Source: Salinivirgaceae bacterium (GTDB lineage: Bacteria; Bacteroidota; Bacteroidia; Bacteroidales; SZUA-534). Taken from it: a DNA stretch of 64,000 nt. The stretch covers positions 33,673 through 97,672 of the forward strand of contig JAFZWI010000129.1 of NCBI GenBank assembly GCA_017617355.1. The letters run 5' to 3'. The notes beneath the pieces were generated by a model. It saw only the letters and a program-made list of their open reading frames with translations. It did no database searches and was not told the DNA's origin. The position numbers were made by a program, and so were the translations under genes. Below are positions 1 through 8,690 of this stretch, one piece after another; within the stretch, counting starts at the first letter, position 1, and each line of letters opens with the position of its first letter.

Positions 1-1
1 C

Positions 2-898
2 CTGACAGAAATGTCGATGCCCGCGATTAGGGAAAACTTCTATAAGTTTGAGGACTTTTATACCAACCGTTTCAGACGAACCGCAAAGAAATATTTTGAC
101 AATGATTTTAGCGAAATTGTTGATGATGAGAAGGTTGAACGGTTTGTCTGCGGTAGCGACACCATTTTCTGCATTGACGAGTTCAAGGGATTTGCCGAAG
201 GTTATTACGCCAATTTCGACTGTATGAAGGGCAAAAGCATTTCGTATGCGGCAAGTTTTGGCGATTCGCACTTTTCAGACGACGATTACAAGACCTTGAA
301 ACAACGCCTTCAAAACTTCAAGGCGTTGGGACTGAGGGAGAACGATATGGTGGATTATGTCAAAAGTCAGGTCAATGTGCTTGTTCAGCGGACTATCGAC
401 CCTACATTGCTTCTGAAACAAGATGACTACGACACCATAGCCGCAGAAAGACTTGTCGTCGAAAAATACCTTTTGCTATATTCACGCAGACACAACGCGC
501 AGATGTACGCATTCGCTGAAAAAATCGCAAAGGAACGCAAACTCAAAATTGTTGATATCAGTTTGAAAGCTGTCGGCGAAAAAGACCACATTCCGTATTA
601 TCAGGCGGGAGTTGAGGAGTTTCTGTCGCTCGTAAAATATGCAGAATGTGTGGTAACAAACTCGTTCCACGGAATAATTCTCAGCGTTCAATATAGGCGG
701 CAGTTCTATGGCTTTACACGTCAAGAGTGCAACACCAAGATTAATGAACTTATGGAACTTTTCGGACTAAGCGGCTGCCTTTTAGTGACGGGCGACGAAA
801 AGACATTGGAAATCGACTACGAAAAAGTCCATTCAAACATCGACAAGGCGCGTACAAAGTCGTTGGAATTTTTGAAAAAGAGTTTGGAGTTGTTGTAA
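2..898 (+). CDS. polysaccharide pyruvyl transferase family protein (5' end probably cut by window edge)
   Basis: ORF 11..898 and the frame stays open to nt 2. C-terminal VVTNSFHGIILS region is typical of CsaB/WcaK-like pyruvyl transferases. Followed by its usual F420H2-dehydrogenase-like partner. Confidence 0.7.
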   Translation: MTEMSMPAIRENFYKFEDFYTNRFRRTAKKYFDNDFSEIVDDEKVERFVCGSDTIFCIDEFKGFAEGYYANFDCMKGKSISYAASFGDSHFSDDDYKTLKQRLQNFKALGLRENDMVDYVKSQVNVLVQRTIDPTLLLKQDDYDTIAAERLVVEKYLLLYSRRHNAQMYAFAEKIAKERKLKIVDISLKAVGEKDHIPYYQAGVEEFLSLVKYAECVVTNSFHGIILSVQYRRQFYGFTRQECNTKINELMELFGLSGCLLVTGDEKTLEIDYEKVHSNIDKARTKSLEFLKKSLELL

Positions 899-2121
899 TG
901 AAGAACATTTCCGAAAATTTTGACAAGAATAATTGTTGTGGCTGCGAGGCTTGCGTACAAGTCTGCCCCCAAAAGGCGGTATGTATGAAAGAAGACGGTG
1001 AGGGATTTAGGTATCCCGAAGTTAATTTTGATTTGTGCGTTGACTGCGGATTGTGCCGAAAAATCTGTCAGTACATTGAATCCGTGGAAAAAAACACCGA
1101 AGAGCAACTCGCTTTTGGCGGGCATATCAATGACAGCGAAATCCTCAACGAAAGTACTTCGGGCGGGGCTTTTTCGGCTATTGCTGATTGTTTTTGTGAT
1201 GAAAACTATGTGATTTTCGGAGCGGAGTCAAAAGGACTTGATGTCTTTCATTCTTACATAATGGACAAAAAAGATTTGGCGCGATTCCGCCGTTCAAAAT
1301 ATTCACAAAGCATAATTGGCACTTCGTATGCTGATGCCGAGAAATTTTTGAAAGACGGCAAGAAAGTTCTTTTTTCGGGGACACCATGTCAGATTGCGGG
1401 ATTGAAAGCATTTTTGAGAGGACGACAATACACTAATCTTCTAACTGTTGAAGTGATTTGCGAAGGCGTGCCTTCGCCGCTGTTTGTCAGAAAGTTGGAC
1501 GAAAAAATCAGAAAAACCAAAAACGCATATATCACCGACCTCGATTATAGATACAAGGATTCCAACAAGTGGGATTATGAAGTGATGCGCATTTCATACA
1601 CATCACTTCATAATTCCGCCAGTGGAACTATCAAGAGCGACCGATGGTTTAATCCGTTTTGGTCGGTGTGGCTCAATCACCTGATGAGCCGCCCTTCGTG
1701 TTACGGTTGCCTTTACACGACACACAACCGTGTCGCGGACATTTCGCTCGGCGATTTGTGGGGAGTGCATTTGTATTGTCCCGACTTGTACAATTCTAAC
1801 AGGGGAGCGTCCTTGATTATCGCCAATACGAAGCATGGTAAAATGATTGTCGAAACAATCTTGGAAGAAAATTTCACAGGGCGTGAACTCGATTTTTCGC
1901 AGGCGTTGAAATACCAAGGTCCGATGCGGAAATCTATTGCTGAAAATCCTGACAGAGAAAGGTTTATGAATGATTTGCATACAATGGATTACGATTCGTT
2001 GTGCAAAAAATGGGCAAAGCCGTCAAGTCTGAAACTTTTGATTTCAAAATACGTCTATGGCACCAACCGACAGAAGGTTTGGTGGTGGAAAATGAAAAAC
2101 AGATTTAAATCACAGAAATAA
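898..2121 (+). CDS. coenzyme F420 hydrogenase/dehydrogenase beta-subunit-like FeS protein
   Basis: Two ferredoxin-type Cys clusters at the N-terminus (CCGCEACVQVCP, CVDCGLCRKIC). TAATG overlap with the pyruvyl transferase gene. This pairing is common in pyruvylated-glycan loci. Confidence 0.7.
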   Translation: MKNISENFDKNNCCGCEACVQVCPQKAVCMKEDGEGFRYPEVNFDLCVDCGLCRKICQYIESVEKNTEEQLAFGGHINDSEILNESTSGGAFSAIADCFCDENYVIFGAESKGLDVFHSYIMDKKDLARFRRSKYSQSIIGTSYADAEKFLKDGKKVLFSGTPCQIAGLKAFLRGRQYTNLLTVEVICEGVPSPLFVRKLDEKIRKTKNAYITDLDYRYKDSNKWDYEVMRISYTSLHNSASGTIKSDRWFNPFWSVWLNHLMSRPSCYGCLYTTHNRVADISLGDLWGVHLYCPDLYNSNRGASLIIANTKHGKMIVETILEENFTGRELDFSQALKYQGPMRKSIAENPDRERFMNDLHTMDYDSLCKKWAKPSSLKLLISKYVYGTNRQKVWWWKMKNRFKSQK

Positions 2122-3179
2122 TGTACTACTTGAATCCACGCATAGAAAATCTATTCAGGATTTTCGACCAAAATGAAAGGAAGGATTACCTTCGTTTGGA
2201 TTTGAATGAAAATCCAGGAGGTCTTCCCAAAGAGTTCATTGAAAAGGTTTTGAAGGACATTACACCGCAATTCGTTGCTCAATATCCTGAAACTCTTCAT
2301 TTTACAGAAGTTCTTGCGAAGTTTCTCAATACCGACATATCGCATTTGTGTCTTGTGAATGGCTCGGCAGAAGGCATAAGGTATGTGATTCAGGCTTTTA
2401 CCTCTGAAAATGGTAGAATTGTCGGGGTCGTGCCGTCGTACTTTATGTTTCAAGTTTATTCTGAAATGTACGGCAGAAACTTTGTCAAAGTGCCTTATAA
2501 CGAGGATTTGACAATGAGCATAGACAACATCATTAGCGAAATGACTGACGACACACAGTTGTTGATTCTTCTAAACCCAAACAATCCAATGGGCAACGTA
2601 TACTCGGAGGATGAATTCGAAACTTTGTTCGAAACCGCCAACCAAAAACAGATTACAATATTGGTTGACGAGGCCTACCATTATTTCTACCCGAAGACGT
2701 TCATCCAATACGCTCTTAATAAAGAACATGTTTTTGTAACACGGACATTCTCAAAATTGTTCTCAATGGCTGGTTGCAGGCTAGGATATGTTGCAGGTTG
2801 GCCCGATGGCATAAAAATGGTTCAAAAACTCTGCACCCCACACAACACCAATGCATTTGCAATGAAAATCGCGGAGGAGGTAATCAAGAATCCGAAAGTT
2901 TTGCAATCATTGATTGACAATTTCAACGAAGGTCGCAGCTATCTGATTGACATCCTTGATAACAACGGCTATCAGCACAAAGGCGAGGCTGGCAATTTCA
3001 TTTTTATCAAAACAAAAACGGATGCTCAAAAAATCGTCGAAAGAATGAAAGCCGAGAAAAAGATTTTGATAAAATCTTATCCGAATGTTGGTAACTTTGG
3101 AACTTGTCTGAGAGTTTCTATTGGAGAAAAGAAATATATGCAGATGTTTTGCGAGGCACTATTTGAATTAGACAGATGA
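2121..3179 (+). CDS. class I/II PLP aminotransferase, HisC/CobD-like
   Basis: 352 aa. LDLNENP N-terminal motif and FSKLFSMAGCRLGY PLP-lysine region. TAATG overlap upstream and ATGA overlap downstream. Confidence 0.75.
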   Translation: MYYLNPRIENLFRIFDQNERKDYLRLDLNENPGGLPKEFIEKVLKDITPQFVAQYPETLHFTEVLAKFLNTDISHLCLVNGSAEGIRYVIQAFTSENGRIVGVVPSYFMFQVYSEMYGRNFVKVPYNEDLTMSIDNIISEMTDDTQLLILLNPNNPMGNVYSEDEFETLFETANQKQITILVDEAYHYFYPKTFIQYALNKEHVFVTRTFSKLFSMAGCRLGYVAGWPDGIKMVQKLCTPHNTNAFAMKIAEEVIKNPKVLQSLIDNFNEGRSYLIDILDNNGYQHKGEAGNFIFIKTKTDAQKIVERMKAEKKILIKSYPNVGNFGTCLRVSIGEKKYMQMFCEALFELDR

Positions 3180-4510
3180 TAAAAGTTATAACCTACGGTA
3201 CATACGACTTGCTGCACTATGGTCATATAAGGCTGTTGGAGCGTGCAAAAGCATTGGGAGACTATTTGATAGTGGGTGTTACAGCCGATAATTTTGATTT
3301 GGCGCGGGGAAAAATTAATGTTCAACAGTCGTTGATGGAGCGCATTGAGGCGGTTCATGCAACTGGCATAGCTGATGAAATAATAATCGAGGAGTACGAG
3401 GGGCAGAAAATTGATGATATCAAAAGGTACGGCGTTGACATTTTTACCGTTGGAAGCGATTGGGCTGGCAATTTTGACTATCTTAACGAATTCTGCAAGG
3501 TTATTTATTTGGATAGGACTCAGGGCGTTTCGAGTTCGGATTTGCGGGCAGAAAAGCGGGAATTACGATTTGGTTTGGTAGGAGAGTCATCTCTGCTAAA
3601 CAAATTTGAAGCTGAAAGTCAGTATGTGAACGGAGTAACAATAAGCGGCGTATGCAGTCAGAATACAAGTGCTTTTAACGAAAAGCTAAAAACGCTTCCG
3701 CTTGTTACCAGACAATTAGATGAATTGCTTAATGCCTCAGATGCGGTATACATTGTATCGCACCCGTCGAAACATTATGAGCAGATAAAAGCGGCTTTGA
3801 ATGCGGGTAAGCACGTTTTGTGCGAATCACCGATAGCAATTTCGTTGAAAGATTTTTATGAGTTGCAACAACTTGCCAATGACAGGAATTTGTTGCTAAT
3901 AGATTCTCTAAAGACTGCATATTCAACGGCTTACAACAGAATGCTGCTTTTGGTGAAAAGCGGCATAATTGGCGAAATTAAATCGGTAGATGCGGTCTGC
4001 ACAAGTTTGTCAGACTTGGAACGTACCGATGGCAAACCAACAGCCCACACTTGGAACAGCATTTGCGCGTGGGGACCTACTGCAATGTTGCCAATATTCC
4101 AATTATTAGGTGTTCAATATGTTGATAAACAAATGGTGTCGCACTTGATATCCGAAGATTTTGATTCGTTTACAAAAGTTTCGTTTGTCTATCCAAACGC
4201 GGTGGCGTCGATGATGGTAGGGAAAGGTGTCAAATCGGAAGGCGAATTGATAATTTCAGGCACAAAGGGTTACGTTTATGTACCCGCGCCGTGGTGGAAG
4301 ACGGATTATTTCGAAGTCCGTTATGAAAACCCAGCCAACAACAAGCGATATTTCTATCAATTGGACGGTGAAGGAATACGTTACGAGATGGTTTCGTTCT
4401 TGAAAGCAATTCAATCGGGCAAAAACTATCAATATATCACTTACGCTCAATCAGAAGCCGTGATAAAACTTGTTGAGGATTTTTATGCTGGGGAGATTGT
4501 GAAAATCTAA
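3176..4510 (+). CDS. fusion protein: TagD-like cytidylyltransferase + Gfo/Idh/MocA-type oxidoreductase
   Basis: The first ~125 aa are near-canonical glycerol-3-phosphate cytidylyltransferase (VITYGTYDLLHYGHIRLLERAK, GSDW, RTQGVSSS). The rest starts with a Rossmann-like RFGLVGES segment and has HVLCESPIA, a variant of the EKP motif. Confidence 0.8.
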   Translation: MIKVITYGTYDLLHYGHIRLLERAKALGDYLIVGVTADNFDLARGKINVQQSLMERIEAVHATGIADEIIIEEYEGQKIDDIKRYGVDIFTVGSDWAGNFDYLNEFCKVIYLDRTQGVSSSDLRAEKRELRFGLVGESSLLNKFEAESQYVNGVTISGVCSQNTSAFNEKLKTLPLVTRQLDELLNASDAVYIVSHPSKHYEQIKAALNAGKHVLCESPIAISLKDFYELQQLANDRNLLLIDSLKTAYSTAYNRMLLLVKSGIIGEIKSVDAVCTSLSDLERTDGKPTAHTWNSICAWGPTAMLPIFQLLGVQYVDKQMVSHLISEDFDSFTKVSFVYPNAVASMMVGKGVKSEGELIISGTKGYVYVPAPWWKTDYFEVRYENPANNKRYFYQLDGEGIRYEMVSFLKAIQSGKNYQYITYAQSEAVIKLVEDFYAGEIVKI

Positions 4511-4562
4511 AAGTGAAATGATGGTCTTTATTGTATTTTGACTTAAAAATATTGATAATAAA

Positions 4563-5399
4563 ATGATTAGCGATATTATTCAATCCCAATTGCGGGCAAA
4601 ATACAATCCCGAAGGTTCGCAATTAAGACAAATGCAACTTCGGGAACTGGCATTATTGGTTGAATTTGACAGAATTTGTAGAAAACACAACATTGACTAT
4701 TGGCTTGATTCAGGGACACTAATAGGCGCTGTGCGACACGGAGGTTTCATTCCATGGGACGATGACATTGATGTGTGTGTGCAGAGAAAAGACCGTAAAA
4801 AATTAAGAGCTGCAATGTCAGAAAGTCTTGGTAATGAATACGATTATTCCGAATCCGGAACAGAAACCAATTATTTTAAATATTCTGGTTTAGAGAAAAA
4901 AGTAAAACGTCCTGTAACTAGGTTATATGACAAAAAAGCCTCAATTACAAGGACGTTTAAAGAAGTTCCCGTTGTTGTTAATGAGAATTTGTGGCTTGAT
5001 ATATGGGAAATGGCGCCAGGTACTATTTGGGCGAAAAAAATAATTGAGAAGACCTATGGAAAATGCTTGCGCAGAGTATGGAATTATGTGAACGATGGTG
5101 ATTTCAAACACTTTGTTGCGAAAGTCGCATATCCATTCATGATTCTTTTAAAACTAATAGTAAGTGGTTGGTGTAAAGTATTTCATAAGGAGACGTTGGT
5201 TAGTTATGGAAATACGTTTTTTAGTATAAGGAGAGTGTCTGAAGTGTTTCCGCTTATTGAAATTGAATTTGAGGGGAGAAAGTTTAAAGCACCGAATAAT
5301 GTTGATGCTTATTTGAGACGCATATATGGTAATTATATGGAAATACCTTCGGCAGACAAGATCGAAACTCACAATATTAAGGAAGTTAAGATTGAATGA
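4563..5399 (+). CDS. LicD family phosphotransferase
   Basis: DYWLDSGTLIGAVRHGGFIPWDDDIDV and C-terminal YLRRIYGNYMEIP are LicD signatures. Confidence 0.8.
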   Translation: MISDIIQSQLRAKYNPEGSQLRQMQLRELALLVEFDRICRKHNIDYWLDSGTLIGAVRHGGFIPWDDDIDVCVQRKDRKKLRAAMSESLGNEYDYSESGTETNYFKYSGLEKKVKRPVTRLYDKKASITRTFKEVPVVVNENLWLDIWEMAPGTIWAKKIIEKTYGKCLRRVWNYVNDGDFKHFVAKVAYPFMILLKLIVSGWCKVFHKETLVSYGNTFFSIRRVSEVFPLIEIEFEGRKFKAPNNVDAYLRRIYGNYMEIPSADKIETHNIKEVKIE

Positions 5400-5447
5400 A
5401 ATGCGATAGAGTGATGCTCCGATAATAGAAAGAATAAAGAGTGAATT

Positions 5448-6779
5448 ATGAGGCTTGAAATAATCAGTAAGATAAAAGGAATGTTCTCACTATCGTTTTG
5501 GGATAGTGTTTATAAAACGGTCACATTTGGTGATTTCCTTATTGCAGCATTCCCGTTTTGTTTGAAGTTGGATGTGAAAAGATCTGCAAGAAAACGCAAA
5601 AAGTTTGTTGCGACATTGAAAAACAAACCGAAAATCACTGTGGCTTTTTTCTTACAGAGTCCATCTATGTGGAAGTTTGATAGGCTGTATTGGCTATTTG
5701 AAAAAAATGACCGCTTTGAACCTGTAGTGGTTATATGTCCGTTTAATGTTCATTCGAATTATGATAGTAACGAGACGCTGAGTGTGATGAAAAAGTCGGA
5801 GGAATTCGTGAAAAAAATAGGTTATCGTTATATTCAGACATTTGATTTTGAACAAAATAAATGGCTGGATATTAAACAAACTTTAAATCCCGATGTCATT
5901 TTCTATACAAAGCCATACAAGGATACGCTTCCCCAATATCATATCTATAAGTTCAAAGACCGTTTGAATTGTTACGCCCCGTATGGAGTAATGTGTATTG
6001 ATAATTACCGGACATTCTACAACTTGCCGTTTTATAATCTGTTATGGCGATATTTTGTTGAAACCACTTATCAGAAGAGTTATTCACAGCAATATCAAAT
6101 ATGTGGCGGTGCAAATACTCAAGTTGTGGGCAGTTTGGGAATGGAAACGCTATTGTTGCCAGATTATAAGCCTGTTGATGTGTGGAAACCGCAAACAAAA
6201 CGCAAGAAGCGTATTATTTGGGCGCCTCATCACACGGTCGATTATCTGTTCAATTTTTCCAACTTTTTCACCTATTGTGATTTCATGTTCGAGTTAGCCG
6301 ATAGATACAAAGACGAGATTCAAATAGCTTTCAAGCCGCATCCGGTGCTGAAATTTAAATTGATAAACCTTTGGGGCGCAGAGAAGACAGAATCTTACTA
6401 TCAGCGTTGGCGCGATTTGCCGAATGGCCAGCTTGAGGAAGGTTATTATACCGACCTTTTCCTGACTTCTGACGCTATGGTTCACGATAGTGTTTCGTTT
6501 TCGGCAGAGTATCTCTATGCGCATAAGCCGACTATGTTCATTGTGAAAGATGAACACACAATTGATCATTGGAATACATTTGGTATTAAGTGTTTCGAAT
6601 TACACTATCATGCGCATCAACCGGCTGATGTTGAAGAATATATCAAGAATGTAGTGATTGCCGGCAATGACACCAAAGCTGCCGAACGTGATGATTTTTA
6701 CCGCAATTATCTGTATCCGAAAGACGGGGTGATGCCGTCGCAAAAGATTGTGGATGAAATTATTGAGCAAATCAAATAA
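5448..6779 (+). CDS. CDP-glycerol glycerophosphotransferase (TagB/TagF)-like protein
   Basis: KRIIWAPHHT, AFKPHPVLK and LTSDAMVHDSVSFSAEYLYAHKPTMF resemble the Glyphos_transf core. The start codon is uncertain. Confidence 0.55.
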   Translation: MRLEIISKIKGMFSLSFWDSVYKTVTFGDFLIAAFPFCLKLDVKRSARKRKKFVATLKNKPKITVAFFLQSPSMWKFDRLYWLFEKNDRFEPVVVICPFNVHSNYDSNETLSVMKKSEEFVKKIGYRYIQTFDFEQNKWLDIKQTLNPDVIFYTKPYKDTLPQYHIYKFKDRLNCYAPYGVMCIDNYRTFYNLPFYNLLWRYFVETTYQKSYSQQYQICGGANTQVVGSLGMETLLLPDYKPVDVWKPQTKRKKRIIWAPHHTVDYLFNFSNFFTYCDFMFELADRYKDEIQIAFKPHPVLKFKLINLWGAEKTESYYQRWRDLPNGQLEEGYYTDLFLTSDAMVHDSVSFSAEYLYAHKPTMFIVKDEHTIDHWNTFGIKCFELHYHAHQPADVEEYIKNVVIAGNDTKAAERDDFYRNYLYPKDGVMPSQKIVDEIIEQIK

Positions 6780-6807
6780 ACAAGTTTACCAAAGATTAAA
6801 CGCACTG

Positions 6808-7899
6808 ATGAAGAAACTTTTATTCATAAGATATAAGAAAACCGCCAATGTTTTTGAAGGGGGGGAGCAAGTGTCACAGAAGAACTGGAATGTTTTGACG
6901 CATTTGCTCGGAGAGGAAAATGTTTGCACCTATTATATTCACGATGAAACTCAAAAACGTTCTGTTTTTGAATACCTAAAAGGCATATTCTGGTTGCCGT
7001 TCGGTTATTTCTTTGGGCTTACACCTCGGCGCACAAAAGAAATTTTGTCTATGGCCAAAGATTATGACTATGTGTTTGTCGACCGCAGCATTTTTGGAAT
7101 AATAGCCCGGAAATTGAAAACAAGGGGATACAAAGGTCGTGTAATCTGTTTTTTCCATAATGTTGAAAGTGTTTATTTTAAGGCAAAACTTGAAGGCAAA
7201 CCATGGTGTGGTGTAGTTATCCGTTGTGCCGATAAGAATGACCGTTGGAGCTGTCAGTATGCTGACCGGGTAGTCATGCTAAATGACAGGGATCAAGCAA
7301 CCATCAAAGAATTTTATGGGCGCAATGCCGATGCTCTGATTCCTGTAGCATTCCGCGATAAGTACCAGAGAATCAATTATATACAGGAAATGACCAGACA
7401 AAAGCCTGTTTGTTTGTTCTTGGGCGCTTATTTTGAGCCCAACTGTGAGGGCATCGAATGGTTCGCAGAGAATGTATATCCACACGTCAACATCAGAATG
7501 AAAATTGTAGGCAAAGGAATGAGTAAGATACGGGATAAATACCGAATTCCGGACAATGTGGATGTAATAAGCGACGCACCCGATTTGCTTCCATATTTTG
7601 AGGATGCCGATATTATGATTCTGCCAATATTTAAAGGAAGTGGAATGAAGGTTAAGACATGTGAAAGCCTTATGTACGGTAAAAATATTATTGCTACAGA
7701 TGAGGCTTTTGAAGGTTATGTGCTTGATTATGATAAAGCTGGCGGCAAATGCAATACTGCAAATGAGTTTATTTCAGTCATTCAGTCATTCATTGATAAT
7801 CCACGTCCCAAATTCAATCAGTATTGCCGCAACATTTTCCTCCAAAAATACTCTGAGGAGAGCGTGGTAGAATCGTTCCGGAAAACACTTGAATTTTGA
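6808..7899 (+). CDS. glycosyltransferase, GT-B fold (GT4-like)
   Basis: C-terminal GSGMKVKTCESLMYGKNIIATDEAFEG region. ATG at 6808 is preferred over TTG at 6748, which overlaps the upstream gene. Confidence 0.65.
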   Translation: MKKLLFIRYKKTANVFEGGEQVSQKNWNVLTHLLGEENVCTYYIHDETQKRSVFEYLKGIFWLPFGYFFGLTPRRTKEILSMAKDYDYVFVDRSIFGIIARKLKTRGYKGRVICFFHNVESVYFKAKLEGKPWCGVVIRCADKNDRWSCQYADRVVMLNDRDQATIKEFYGRNADALIPVAFRDKYQRINYIQEMTRQKPVCLFLGAYFEPNCEGIEWFAENVYPHVNIRMKIVGKGMSKIRDKYRIPDNVDVISDAPDLLPYFEDADIMILPIFKGSGMKVKTCESLMYGKNIIATDEAFEGYVLDYDKAGGKCNTANEFISVIQSFIDNPRPKFNQYCRNIFLQKYSEESVVESFRKTLEF

Positions 7900-8130
7900 A
7901 TAACCCCAAGCCCATTTCATTGTTGGCATTTCGTTTGTATTTGGCTTTGATTTATTTAAATCTTAATTCCAAAAAACACGATTTAGTGCTATAATTGCGT
8001 TGTATAAATTTAAAATGGCATATTGGCGTCTTGTTGTGTGTATTTTGCTGATTAGCAAGTGTTTTGTCAAGAGCAAGCCAGTATGGTCGTAAAGTTATGC
8101 CACACCCGACAGTGGCGAAGCTGTGTAGAT
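7900..8130 (+). promoter_or_regulatory. non-coding leader upstream of the UpxY-like gene (promoter not pinpointed)
   Basis: A 231-nt gap precedes an antiterminator gene that typically heads Bacteroidales capsule operons. Only near-matches to TAnnTTTG are present (TAAATTTA at 8015..8022); no exact box was found. Confidence 0.3.
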
Positions 8131-8634
8131 ATGGAAAATTGGTATGTGCTCAAAACAAAACCTCGTCAGGAGAAAGCTGTTAGAACTATCTTGCAGACAA
8201 TGGGAGTGGAGCACTATCTTCCCACCACAATTGATTACCACTATTATGGTCATGGGCGTAAAAAAAAAATAGAGTCGCCAATTTTGCCCTCAATGATTTT
8301 TGTTCGTGTTGATGCGGAAGAACGATTCACCATCGCTAATGTTATGAAATATGATGTACATTATTTGGTCGACCGCAACACAAATTCGAGTATGATAGTG
8401 AGCAACAGACAAATGCAAGATTTTATGCGCGTTTGCAACACCCCAGAGATCAAACTCGAATGTGTCGATTTCGCTGTGGGTGATAAAGTGACCATAAATG
8501 GTGGCGCGTTCGACGGATTGCAAGGCGTTGTTAGTAGCATAAAAGGTCAGAAACGCTTCATCATTGTGCTTGACGGCATTGCCAACATAGCTGTTGACCT
8601 GTCAGCCGAACAGTTGGAAGAATTGATTATTTGA
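8131..8634 (+). CDS. UpxY-family (NusG-like) transcription antiterminator
   Basis: NGN-like WYVLKTKPRQEKAV and KOW-like GDKVTINGGAFDGLQGVV. ATG 8131 is preferred over GTG 8059. Confidence 0.8.
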   Translation: MENWYVLKTKPRQEKAVRTILQTMGVEHYLPTTIDYHYYGHGRKKKIESPILPSMIFVRVDAEERFTIANVMKYDVHYLVDRNTNSSMIVSNRQMQDFMRVCNTPEIKLECVDFAVGDKVTINGGAFDGLQGVVSSIKGQKRFIIVLDGIANIAVDLSAEQLEELII

Positions 8635-8690
8635 TTAACAGAATTATCAAAAGCCTAGGTTTGCGCCTAGTGCCTAAAACCAGAATAAAA

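Noticed and set aside
7900-8130. Possible invertible promoter (fin/Mpi-type) upstream of upxY.
   Set aside because: I found no pair of flanking inverted repeats in or around the gap, and no serine or tyrosine recombinase gene in the window. This cannot be excluded without comparing read orientations.
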